Origin: Cetorhinus maximus
Taxonomy: Eukaryota
Reading direction: 5' to 3'
DNA length: 64,000 bases
NCBI RefSeq assembly: GCF_964194155.1
Contig: NC_135886.1
Span: 107,694,001-107,758,000 of the forward strand
The position numbers and the translations under genes are program-made. Numbering within the stretch: position 1 is the first letter of the stretch; each line of letters starts with the position of its first letter. Positions 24,927-36,900 of the stretch are shown in pieces. Under the pieces are notes generated by a model. The model did not search any database, was not told the origin of the DNA, and saw only the letters and a list, made by a program, of their open reading frames with translations.

Positions 24927-27900
24927 GTAAGTTTGAGTTTAATTTTGTCTTACTTTTCAAGTTGGCCAAAGGGCTAAAGCTTAGCTTTAATGTTTTTGTA
25001 TCAATGATTTTTTTTGCACTCTTGTCTCTTGAGCCAGAAATAAGGATTCAAGCACCATTACTAGATCACATAGGGATAGAATTGTCATAGCAGTTTTCCC
25101 AGTTATCTACTGCAACTTCAGCAGAGGTCGCAGAAGTGGCCTTCTATGCTATTTCATTGGAGTTTCTGCCAAAGTTACGGTGGATGTTCAGGAGAACCCC
25201 AATGGAAATTCTACACTATAAGCTAGCGTGAAACTTCAGTGCAGTATCGAGGGAATATTCATTGGAGGTGTCATATTTTGGATGAACCTTTAAACTGGGT
25301 CCTGTCTGCCTTCTTGGATGGATATTAAAAGATCCCAAAGCACAATTTGAACAAGAGCAGCAAACTCTCCCCGCATCCTTACCAATATTTATCATCTAAT
25401 TAACACCTCCAAAATCAGATTAAATGGTCATTTGGGACTTTGCTGCATGGAAATTGGCTACTACCTTTGCCTGTTAAACAACAGTAACTAATAAAGTATT
25501 TAATCGGTTATAAAGCATCCTGAGAACATGAAATGCACTTTAAAGAAAACAAACAAATTTGCATTTATAATCAAATCAGTGGAGGTGGTGGAGCAGGTCA
25601 GAGGCTAGGAATCCTGCAATGACTAACTCACCTCCTGATTCCCCAAAGCCTGTCCACTATCTATAAGACACAAGTCAGGAGTGTGATGGAATACTCCCCA
25701 CTTGCCTGGACGAGTGCAGCTCCCACAACACTCAAGAAGCTTGACACCATCCAGGACAAAGCAGCCCGCTTGATTGGCATCACATCCACAAACATTCACT
25801 CCCTCCACCACCGACGCACAGTAGCAGCCGTGTGTACTATTTACAAGATGCACTGCAGGAATTCACCAAGGCTCCTTAGACAGCACCTTCCAAACCCACA
25901 ACCACTACCATCTAGAGGGACAAGGGCAGCAGTTAGATGGGAACACCACCACCTGGAAGTTCCCCTCCAAGTCACTCACCATCCTGACTTGGAAATATAT
26001 CGCTGTTCCTTCACTGTCGCTGGGTCAAAATCCTCCTTTCCCTTCTCTCCCTATATAACCAATTAAATATTTTATTAGTTACTGTTGTTTAACAGGCAAA
26101 GGGAGTAGCCAATTTCCATGCAGCAAAGTCCCAAATGACCAAAATCCTCCTTTCCCTCCCTTCCTAACAGCACCGTGGGTGTGCCTGCACCACATGGACT
26201 GCAGCGGTTCAAGAAGACAGCTCACCACCACCTTCTGGAAGGCAACTAGGGATGGATAATAAATGCTGGCCCAGCCAGCGAAGCCCACATCTGCATAAAT
26301 AAATAAAAAAAAGAAAGTTGGAATGTTCATACTATAGAAAGTAAACTAATGGAGACTTTATTGCATCTTTCACAGTACTAAGGGTATGGTTAAATTGGAC
26401 ACGATAAATTGTTTGACATAATGACACACTTTGTAACTAAGGGGTGGATTATACTCTCCCCAGTTGCCAGGTTTGAAGGTAGGTGTGGAGGGGGTGGCAT
26501 GTAAAATCCAGCAGGCAGTCTGCCCACCATCCACCTGTCCCCACTGTAATTTTACAAGCAGCGGGGTTGGTGTCTGACAACCTGCCAGCCAGTGGAACAA
26601 ATGAGGCCCTTAAGTGGGCAATTAATGGCCACTCAAGGGCCTCATCCTGCCACTGCCAGAATTTAAATGGTGGTGGGAGAGGCCCATGCCAAGCTCCCAA
26701 CCTAGCAGGTTTCCCTGTGTAGAATAATATGGTGGGCGGGAGGAGGTGGTCCCTCCATAGCAGGCACTTTGGAGGAGTCCCCTTAGTTATAACCCCTCCA
26801 AGGCCTGATCTGAATGCCTTCTCAAGCTCCGAGTGCAGTACCAGCAGTGGCCACCATTCTGATTGGTCGGGAGCTCTCTGAAGCATGACTTCCTGGTGGT
26901 GGGGGGGCGGGGTTCGACTACAGTGCCCAGTAAAATCCAGCCCCAAGGGTTTGGACTCGAGGTCAGAAGAGGGTAGGTGTGCAGACAGTTTAGATTTAAC
27001 TGTTTTCTATGTGGATGTGTGCAAACAATTGCCTAAAGAAACAGTGGAGGCAGATAATGTTGGAATATGCTAGACCTGGCTGGATAGTTAGTGACAGAAA
27101 TGATTGAGGAGTACAAGATTCAGAATTTTTAACACTGGGGTGTTTAATCCTGTCGATGCATTTCTGTGTTCCTAAATATATTTCAGAAAATAAATGGTGT
27201 GCCATTTTAAAGGATAAATGCAACATTTCTTTATATGTCCAGGTCCACATTTGTAAAATATATTACAGTAAGTATGGGTTAGAGGTAAACTTTTGTGCTA
27301 TTCACCCAGAAAGAAGAGTATTGGTGCTGGCAAATGAAATATTTTTCAATTTCTGTTATCTACCCAAATCCACATCAAGCAGTCCCAGCTTTAGCTTGAC
27401 ACTAATAAGGGGGAATGCAGATAGAAGTGTTCTCTGCTCTGTCCCAACTGAAATCTGTCTCAACTGACATTTGCCTTTAATTCTCAGGCACAGCAAGTGT
27501 CGCTCGAGCGTGGAGTTCTACATTTGACAATCTCATTGACCAAAAAATTTCAATTTTCTTTGGAAGTTACCTGAACATGAATTTTCCTGGTGTGCTTGCA
27601 AAATATCCAGATATATTTGCAGTCATCTTAATCTTGCTTCTCACAGGTAAGCTAACAACCTAAATAAATACTGTTATGAAAATTAACTGATCAGTGGAGG
27701 CTGAATTTAAGATCATTATGCTCATTTTAAGGGCCTAAACTGAAAGTTAAATTAACAATTTAGCAGTGCAAAGGCCTATTTCTGATCTGCATAAATGTTT
27801 GGTCGACTGTTAAATTGGTCCGCATCTTCTTTTAGTCAGCAGCACAGACTCCATTTCAATATTGAAATAAAATGTGTGCTTATTTCAGATGCAGACTTTT

Positions 27901-30900
27901 AAATTTGTTTACTCTAGTCTGAGCTTGCTACACATCTAGCTGGCATTTCCAGGTCCTGGCTTGCCCAATTAGTGACCCTCAGAGGAACTGCTGGAGGCTG
28001 CTCAGAAAAGGCCCCAACAACTTGGAAATTTTCTAGAGTCAAAAGGCACAGGAGTGCTCCTCCTGAGCCCAGAAAACAAGTGGCACTGATATCAACCAAC
28101 TCTGGAACTGCCTCCTGATCACCTCACCCCTCCCTTACATGCACGCCCCACTCTCCAGACATACTTCTGGGTTTTGGCACAGACTGAAAGAAATTTGTTC
28201 GGCACACCTGATTGGTACTTGCAGCTTGCCTAATTTATTCTGTTGAGGCTCAAGGTAAATGTGCTTTGAAACCTCAGACTTCCTTGTTCCAGCTTGCACC
28301 GCTTGGCACTGCTAGAATCACACCCTGTTTTTGGATGTGAAGAAATTTAGGCTACAGCATTTAATGGGCTGTCTAATTATTCTGAACCTGAAATTATAAT
28401 AAAACAATGCTGGGCTTGCTTTCTTTGAGAAAGCAAAAGCTGAACTGACCTAACTGAAGTCTGTAAGAATATGAATTGTTAAAGTTGATGCAGATATAGT
28501 TGTTAACTGTTGTGAAGGCTTCAGGTACCAAGAGCATACAGTAAAATTCAGAAAAGTAAGAGTGGAAGTCAAATGGATACATCTCATCTTCCCATGATAT
28601 AAACAATATATAAACAATACACAAGCACTGGCCCACCATCTATCATTAAAATCACTGCATCTAAACTGCATTACATAATGATTTTGAATTTTCCATCAAT
28701 CAGGTAGCAACACTGAGTACAGACCTTTTCAAAACTAGTGGACCAAACCAATGAGTATAACTACAAATAGAAATTGTTTCACTTCAACTTTGGATAGGTC
28801 CTCAGATCTCAGTTTGGACATCCCATCACTGTATGATGCAACCTTGTATACTGCCCTCTTCAACAGCTAGAAATGCTAACTTCTAGGAAAAGAGGGGGAA
28901 AAAAGAAGAAAGAAAGCTAATGACTCTGGAAAATTTCTTCCTGACCCCAAGGCAACTAAGCAAAATTCAAAACCATGGTCACTTATTCACTTACGATGCA
29001 TCACCAGGAGAAGTTGGCTAATCAACATAGTCTGTGTTGCAAAGCTTTTTTCTCTCATCAATTTGTCAAGTCCACTGGAAAAACAACTGAAAATAACAAG
29101 AAAATTAATAGTATAATTATGTTAAACAATTTTAAGTGGATGGATAAAAAAATGCTTCTGTGTAACTGTCTTGTGCTTGTATTTTTAAAGCTCTTTTGGC
29201 ATTTGGAGTGAGTGAATCAGCACTAGTGAATAAAATCTTTACTGCCATAAACCTAATGGTCCTGTGCTTCGTCATTATAACGGGCTTCGTGAAAGGTGAC
29301 ATCAAGAACTGGCAACTGACAGAGTCTGATTACAATGAGACCTATATCAACAGGTGTGTATAAGTCCTTTCTCTTTCAAAGTGTCTTGAGTTTTTCACAT
29401 TGTGTTTTCATTGGTTTTTTTTCTCAACCCTGTTCCCCTTCTTTTCATTTGAAAGTGCTGATGTGTTTTTTGAGAATAAGATAGGTACTGGGAAGCCCTC
29501 AACAATGTGGCTTAAAGTTTCCAGTCAATATTATTTTAATTCTGGCTTTAATGTATGTATTTTAAATGAATTAAAGCAGATGTTAAACTAATACCAATCA
29601 GAATATTCAACTATGCAGTGACATTAGAGCTGAAGAGAGCATGTCCTCAGTTGATGTTGATATATGTGATGTTTCCAGCAGGAGTCATTAATTGCAATCA
29701 GAATTTTTCCTTCTCTCCCTAGCACAGGAACTGAGTTTTATCAAATTTGCCAACACCAGATGTGCGTTCGGTTTGTGTAGGTGTGAGGGGGGCTAAATTT
29801 AAAACAGAATTGTGTGCATTAAGACGTAGGATGTTAGCACTGGAGTTGGGACACTTTAAATGAAGAATAAGGCTCCCTCAATTGTATCCCAAACATGTTT
29901 CAGAAGAATATTCTGTATTGGACCAGGTCTGGGCTGAGTTGGAGTGGTGGCGATCGAGGGTGGGTGGTGGTGGGGCAGATGGGTCAACCGATCACGATGT
30001 CTGTAAAGAGGTAAGCTTGGAGAGCTGGAGGAAACACTTCTGCTCCACCAGGCTCTCAGATAGTCTTTTAAAAGCACTTGCCTTATGAATCCAGCCTTTC
30101 TTGGTTTATTTTGCCTGCCTGGTACCTACCAAGCTATGGGTAACTCAGGTGATATTAGTTTAAAAATAAAAATCATATTAACATGAGGAATGCAGCTTCC
30201 TTAAAAGATTTCAGTGATCAACCTGCCTCCTGAGAGTGGATTGGTTGTCTGTCTCTGTTAAAATCGGAAGTGGGCAGGTTGGGTTTGAAATTTTTAATGT
30301 TTTTACTTCTTGTCTGAACCAAACCCACCCTTTCTTGGGGTTTAACTTACTCCCTTTGTATGAAGGGATAACTTTATGTCTCTGAATTTTCTGCTTGTTT
30401 GGTTATACTGTATTTGTTAATTGTTCATTTACACGTATTATGTTTGTGTCTGTCTCAGTACTGAATCTAGAGCAGGAAATTTTGGTTCTGGAGGATTCAC
30501 TCCGTTTGGATTTTTTGGAGTTCTCACAGGAGCTGCAACTTGCTTCTATGCCTTTGTAGGATTTGATTGTATTGCAACTACAGGTAAGGACAAAGTCTTT
30601 TTGAAACATAATTTCAATTTTCTGCCTTTTCCTGAAGGTGCTTACTCTTTTCACAATATTGTTCTACATGTCAACCTCTGGTACATCACCCAAACATGGT
30701 TTATTTTTCCTTTGTTTTCTGGAAGGGAGTAATGGTGAAAAGGCTGTATTTGTAGCCCATTCCTAGTTGCTATGAGAACATTCTGGTGGACCACCTTGAA
30801 CTGGTGCAGTTCTGGAGCCCCACAGTGATGTTAGAAAGGGAATCCCAGGATATTGACCCAATGGTGATGAAAGAACAATGCCTTGTCTCCCAAAGCAGGA

Positions 30901-33900
30901 TAGTGTGTGCTGTGAAGAGGAATTTGAAGATAATAGTGTTTTCTGCCTTGGCAGTAGAGGCAGCAGGGTGCTTTCAGAGTGACCTTGACAACTTGCCTCC
31001 TGCTCCTGTTAGTTGCCTCGTGGTTCACTGTTCTTGACTAGTTGTGTTAAGGCTACAGAGCTTGCTCTGACCTGTTGGTTGCGGGACTACTTAGCTCCTT
31101 TAGGTGATTAGCATGCAGGCGGCTCAGTTTTAGTGTCTTCATTATGTTGATGCATCATTCTAAGCTGTGCCTAGTGCTGCTTCAGCATGTCCTTCTATAC
31201 TCTGCATTGAACCAGGATTTGTCTCCTGGTTTCATGGTGTTCAAGGAGTAGGGCATATGCTAGACTATGAAATTAAAGATTGTGGTTGTATATAATTCTG
31301 CTGCTAATAGCCCACAGCGCCACACCAATGACAGTTTTGAGTTGCTAGATCTGTCATTAGCCTTGTCCATTTACCGCAGTGGTAGTACCACGACACATGA
31401 TGGAGGGAATCCTCACAATGGGGACAAGGGCCAGGATCTTTAGGTCGGCGAACGGGGAGTGGGGCCCACTCGCCGATGCATAAAATGACGCGGGATGACG
31501 TCAGACGGAACTTCTGATGTCACACCGCGTCATTTCAATTTTCAGGTCGGTGGGGGCGCAGCCGAATCAGCTGTGCGCCCACCAACCTGTCAACTGCCTA
31601 TTGAGGCCATTTAAAAAGTAATTGACATAATTAATGGAGTTGCCCATCCAACCTTTAGGTTGGCGGACAGGCCGGGAGACCTAGCGGGCTTCAGAAAAGG
31701 CATGAAACCTCATCCACGGGCGGGATGAAGTTTCATGAGGGTTTTTAAAAAGTTAATAAATGTTTGATTAAAAATGATGGACATGCCCCAACTCATGTTA
31801 TAATGTCACATGAGGGGACATGTCAGGGACATTTTGGTTGTGCACCCTTACCATTTTTAAATTTGGCGCCGATCTCCCTGAGGCAGCACTTAGCCTCAGG
31901 GAGATGAGTGTGCTCTTTCGTGCGCATGCGTGAAAGAGCGCACTCTCGGCTGAGGGAATCCACCCCCCCCCCCCCCTGCCTGCACAGGGAGCGCTTAACA
32001 CTTCCTGGCGGACGTCACACTGTAAAATGGCGGCACACCCCCAATCAGGGGTGCCGATCAGAGGCGCGCCTGCCTGCGCCCACTCCTGCACTTCCCCCTC
32101 CACCGGGGGATAATTCTTCCCAAGAGTTTGTTCCCACAAGAACTGTGCGTTGATCACTTCTACCTATGTTATCTTAGACGCTATGAACCTAGTTGGTACT
32201 TGTTGGCAACCTGTTTGATCATAGAGGGAACTGCAGCTGAGCTCAATCCTGTCATTAACTGGTAGCCACACTAGTCACCTGCCGGCTGGGAACATTGAAG
32301 AATGATCCAAGCAGGAAACCCAGGCTGATTTGTATGCCCCCTACTTCAGAGGCAATGATGCTAATTGTAGCATTCCTAGCTCAGCTGAGATCAACAAAAT
32401 CAACACAGGTCAGAAATTGAACCTGGGACCTTACTTGTCTTTATGGTTTGGCAGGTTTAGTGTGGCAACTAAGGATGGTGCTTTAAACCAACTTCTTGAA
32501 ATAAAATAGTACCATACCTCAAGAATACCTAATTTAATATTCACATTTTAAAACGTTTCTACATTGCCATTTTTAACACTGCCATATTTTAATATAAATT
32601 TGTGTTCTCCGTTGGTTTCAGGAGAGGAAGCAAAAAATCCTCAGAAGTCAATTCCTATTGGGATTGTGGTTTCCCTGCTGATCTGTTTTGTGGCCTACTT
32701 TGGTGTATCTGCTGCTCTCACACTCATGATGCCTTACTACGTACTGAACAAGAAAAGCCCACTGCCCGAAGCCTTCCAATATGTTGGCTGGGAACCTGCA
32801 CGCTACATTGTAGCTGTTGGCTCTCTCTGTGCTCTCTCTACCAGGTATTTAGAGCTATTGTTCAAGGGAACACTATTGAAACTCTTTAAAAAAGAAAATT
32901 TTAAATAGTCTTCTGATGAAGACTTCCCAATTAGGAGTTGAATCATGCAGGCCAGAGAGGTCAAGTAGTCAAACTTTTTGGGCTGAGTTGTTGGCATTTA
33001 TCTGCATGGTAAAAGGTGCACTACTTCTCTGGGGCTAAGATTGTGCAGAAATCTGACAGTTTCTGCTCCTGATTTACTATGCACAGCTCCCCTGTCCATT
33101 GCTGAAAATGTGCATATTTTGGTATTGTAAAGATACGATTGAGCTAGACTGATAACCCCTCCAGTTACTTAGCTTGCCATCACTTGCTCACTAGACTTGT
33201 ATATATATAATGTTCGCATGGGCAATTATTTGAAGACAGCATCTCTTTGTACTCCAGCAAGGCTCAGCACCTTCAGAAGGGATAGGGGAAACGTTACAAA
33301 AATAAGTTGTTTTTACAACATTAAAAATTAAATTTACAAACTAGAACAGCTAAGTAAACATAAACAATATATCAGTGACCCGTAAATAATGCTGATAGCT
33401 GTCATTCCAGAACATCTGGCATCAGTACTTCAGATAGTACATATTGAATCTAATCAATGGAGGCAGATAGCCATTCTAAAGCCACTGGTTTCATAAATCC
33501 CTCTACATGAAGCGCACACGAAGAAAAGTGAAACTAAGTGGGCTAGGCTTTCAGTGGCTCCTAATCAATTATTCTCTTCCCTTGTATCCAGCCTGCTGGG
33601 CTCCATGTTCCCTATGCCTCGTGTTATATACGCAATGGCTGAAGATGGATTACTTTTCCGTTTCTTGGGGAATTTGCACAAAAAAACCAGGACGCCAGTG
33701 CATGCGACCATTGGTTCTGGCATTGTTGCTGGTGAGTACCAGTTATGACCGATGTTGTAAGTAGCTAATTCATTGAGATGCCCTACTGGTCTAGCAATTT
33801 GTCTCTTTGAATTCATGGAATGATAGAAGCTTATGACACAGAAGGAGGCCATTTGGCCTGTATTTTCAGTGCTAGCCCGAAAGAGCTATCCAACTAATCC

Positions 33901-36900
33901 CTCTTTCCAGCTCTTGGTCCATAGCCTTGAAGGTTATGGCACTTCAAGCATATATCCAACTATTTTTGTAAATGTAACGAGGGTTTCTACCTCTGCCACC
34001 CTTTCTGGCAGTGAGTTCCAAACCCAAAACACCCTCAAGGTGAAAAAATTTCTCCTTAATTCTCCTCTGATGCATCTACTAATCAATGCCCTGTGGTTAT
34101 TGACATCTTGCTAAGGCAAATAGATCCTCTCTATAAACTCTATTTAGGCCCCTCATAAGTTTATATGCTCAAATTAAACCTCCCCTCAGCCTCCTCTATT
34201 CCAAAGAAAACAACCACAGCCTATCCAGTCTTTCTTCAAAGCAAATATTTTCATATATATTTGTAAAAGAAGGGGCAATAATACTGTAAAAGAAATACTT
34301 CTATTGACTCCAAATGCCCTGCGGCAAAGAAAGAGATAAATTGACTTGGGGCATTTTTTGTGTGTACCCAAGGAGATTTGGAAAATGCTGTTTGGTTTTA
34401 TATTCATCTATTTTGTATGAAGGAGAGAAAGAGTGAACTAAATACATTGAACAGCAAAACTGGCTTTCCTGTGAACTGACAACAGGTTTCTGGAATTTAA
34501 TAGGATGTTGAATGGAAGTGTGATGTGCCTGTGAGTATATTCACAGTTTTTTGTTTTTTTAACCAGCTATCATGGCTCTGCTGTTTGACCTGGATGTTCT
34601 GGTTGACCTCATGTCTATTGGTACATTACTTGCCTATTCCCTGGTGGCAGCTTGTGTTCTTATTCTCAGGTGAGCAAAGATCTTGATGTTAGCATGATTA
34701 TTATGGTCATCCTTTACCAGCCAAGAATGCAGGCTAGCAACACATTGCCATGACACTGCTAAAGTCATATTCGGGTTGTTCTGCAGTGAACTCGGGGCCC
34801 ATTAGAAACAGGACTGAAGTTGCATTATTGGTTGGATGGGGTTGTGGGGTTTCTTTTCCTGCTCCTTCTGTTCTTTGTAAAATTGATATATACAAATACA
34901 CTACTCTAATACACTACTCTTCGCAGGTGGACGTCCTCCATTTGATTTCTCCTCCACCTCTAACCAGCAATTTTATTCTCCACATGTATAGAAAACTGAA
35001 TTGATTTATCATCCCATCCCACTATACTGCACAAAAGCTTAACCTTAAGCTGTATTTTGTCTGCAGATACCAGCCTTCTCCGCTCCTCAAATGTGATTTG
35101 TATGAAATGACTCAATTTGGAGAAAACAAAAGCAGCCTGACAAACCAAATGAACAATGAAGATTATCAGGCTGAAGAGAATACCTCAGTGAGCTTAAAAC
35201 TACTATTCTACCCAGAACAACACACCCCAACTAAATGTTCTGGATTAATTATTTATATCAGTGTTGGAATCCTCTGTAAGTATCCTGGGACAAATGTACT
35301 ATGACATAACTTTTGTGGTGTGTGCAATAAACACTATGTAAATAGTTACTCTGGTAGTGGGCAAGGTTGTACCCTCTTTTGGAAGAATTGCCAGAGAAAT
35401 TTATATCAGTTCCTTCACTGATCAACATGACTTGTCCTCCTTGCAAATATTAGCTGGTCAGGTCTTTTTAAGAAACCAATGAAGTCCAGTGCCCACAGAG
35501 GTATTGTCATGGGATTATTAGGAAAAAACTAATCAGGAAGTTTGGTGAATTGCACGAAGGGAGTAGCTGCAGAGTGAAGGGACAGTTTTGTTTTATATTG
35601 CCTGCCAACTGTCTCCTGACATTGTTCAGACTTATAAAGATATTGCAATGTCTTGGTTGGCAGCGGTTCTATTAAATGTACTTTCCATGATTGTACCCTC
35701 ATTACGGTTATGAACATGTTGGAATTGGTATTTATGAGCCATAAGTGGGCAGTTGTGCAGTAGATTTGGGGCCCAATAAATTACACTATTTCATGTTGAG
35801 CCTTTACAGCTGCCAGTGCATATTACTATTCACAGTTTGAAGTTTCAGTCTGAGCCATAAGATCGGTTGGAATGGACGTAAGCTATACCTACTGCGGAAG
35901 AGGAGTAGTTAGGATAAAAATTAGGGTTCGAGTAGAGGGAGTGTAGCTCTGCATCTAACATATGCCCTACTAGAAAGAGGAGATTTTCATCCAGTCATCC
36001 TAATCTAATTCAGCACAAAGCCCATTCTTCTTTTTCACTAATAGAATACAGTTGCCTCTTACTTTAGTTAAGTTTTCTTTTTGTTTATTCCATTCTAGCG
36101 ATTATTTTGACATGCATTTGCATTGTACTGGCGAAATGTTACAAGGAATTATTCAACGGACATGCCCTCTGGGTGATGCTACTTGTGATTCTCTGCCTGG
36201 CTGCTGCTGTTATTACTTTTATTATGTGGAAACAGCCACAGAACAATATGTCACTTTCTTTTAAGGTAAATCTTTTACTTTTGAATCAGTAGGAACAGCA
36301 GAGGAAATTCCCATTTCCCTTTATCCTAAAGGAACTAATTTCTGCAGGGTTATAATTCCATAGCTGCTAGCTGTCCTTCACTACCTCAGTCATAACGCAC
36401 TACACACCCCTGCTCCAACATGCTATATAACCATTTTTTTCTGGTCAGGGTATATAATAGCCTGTGATTAGCAATTATTTTACTATGCTCCTTCACTTTG
36501 CTTAATACTTTGACTATTTTTTGAAGTTACTAATTGTTTATTTGGGGGTGGAGGAGAAATGCATATGAAGAATAACCAGAAACGCAAAACAACTGAGTTG
36601 TACACTCCTTCCTTCAGCTACCCTGTCCAAGTATGGAATGCCTATGTATTATCCCAAAGGCTGTCCAGATACTTAGAATTCCCAGAGCATGAGGATGCAG
36701 AAGCATTTAAAATGACAATGGATTCTGCATCACTTTTTAGTTAAATGTGCCTAATTGACCAAATGTTCCAGTAAGTTAGCAGGTTCAGCCCCCTGTTTGA
36801 CCTCAGCCAGAGCAGCAGTTGTTACAGTTGACCTCGATAGCCCCAGATTAGGGAGAGAAAAATTCCAATCCCGACCACGCTTCACCAGCTCCTACTGGAG

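Noticed and set aside
32845-34566. A second, mutually exclusive exon 6 as in CAT-2A/2B
   Set aside because: Only one 140-nt [11 protein letters not shown] exon was found between exons 5 and 7
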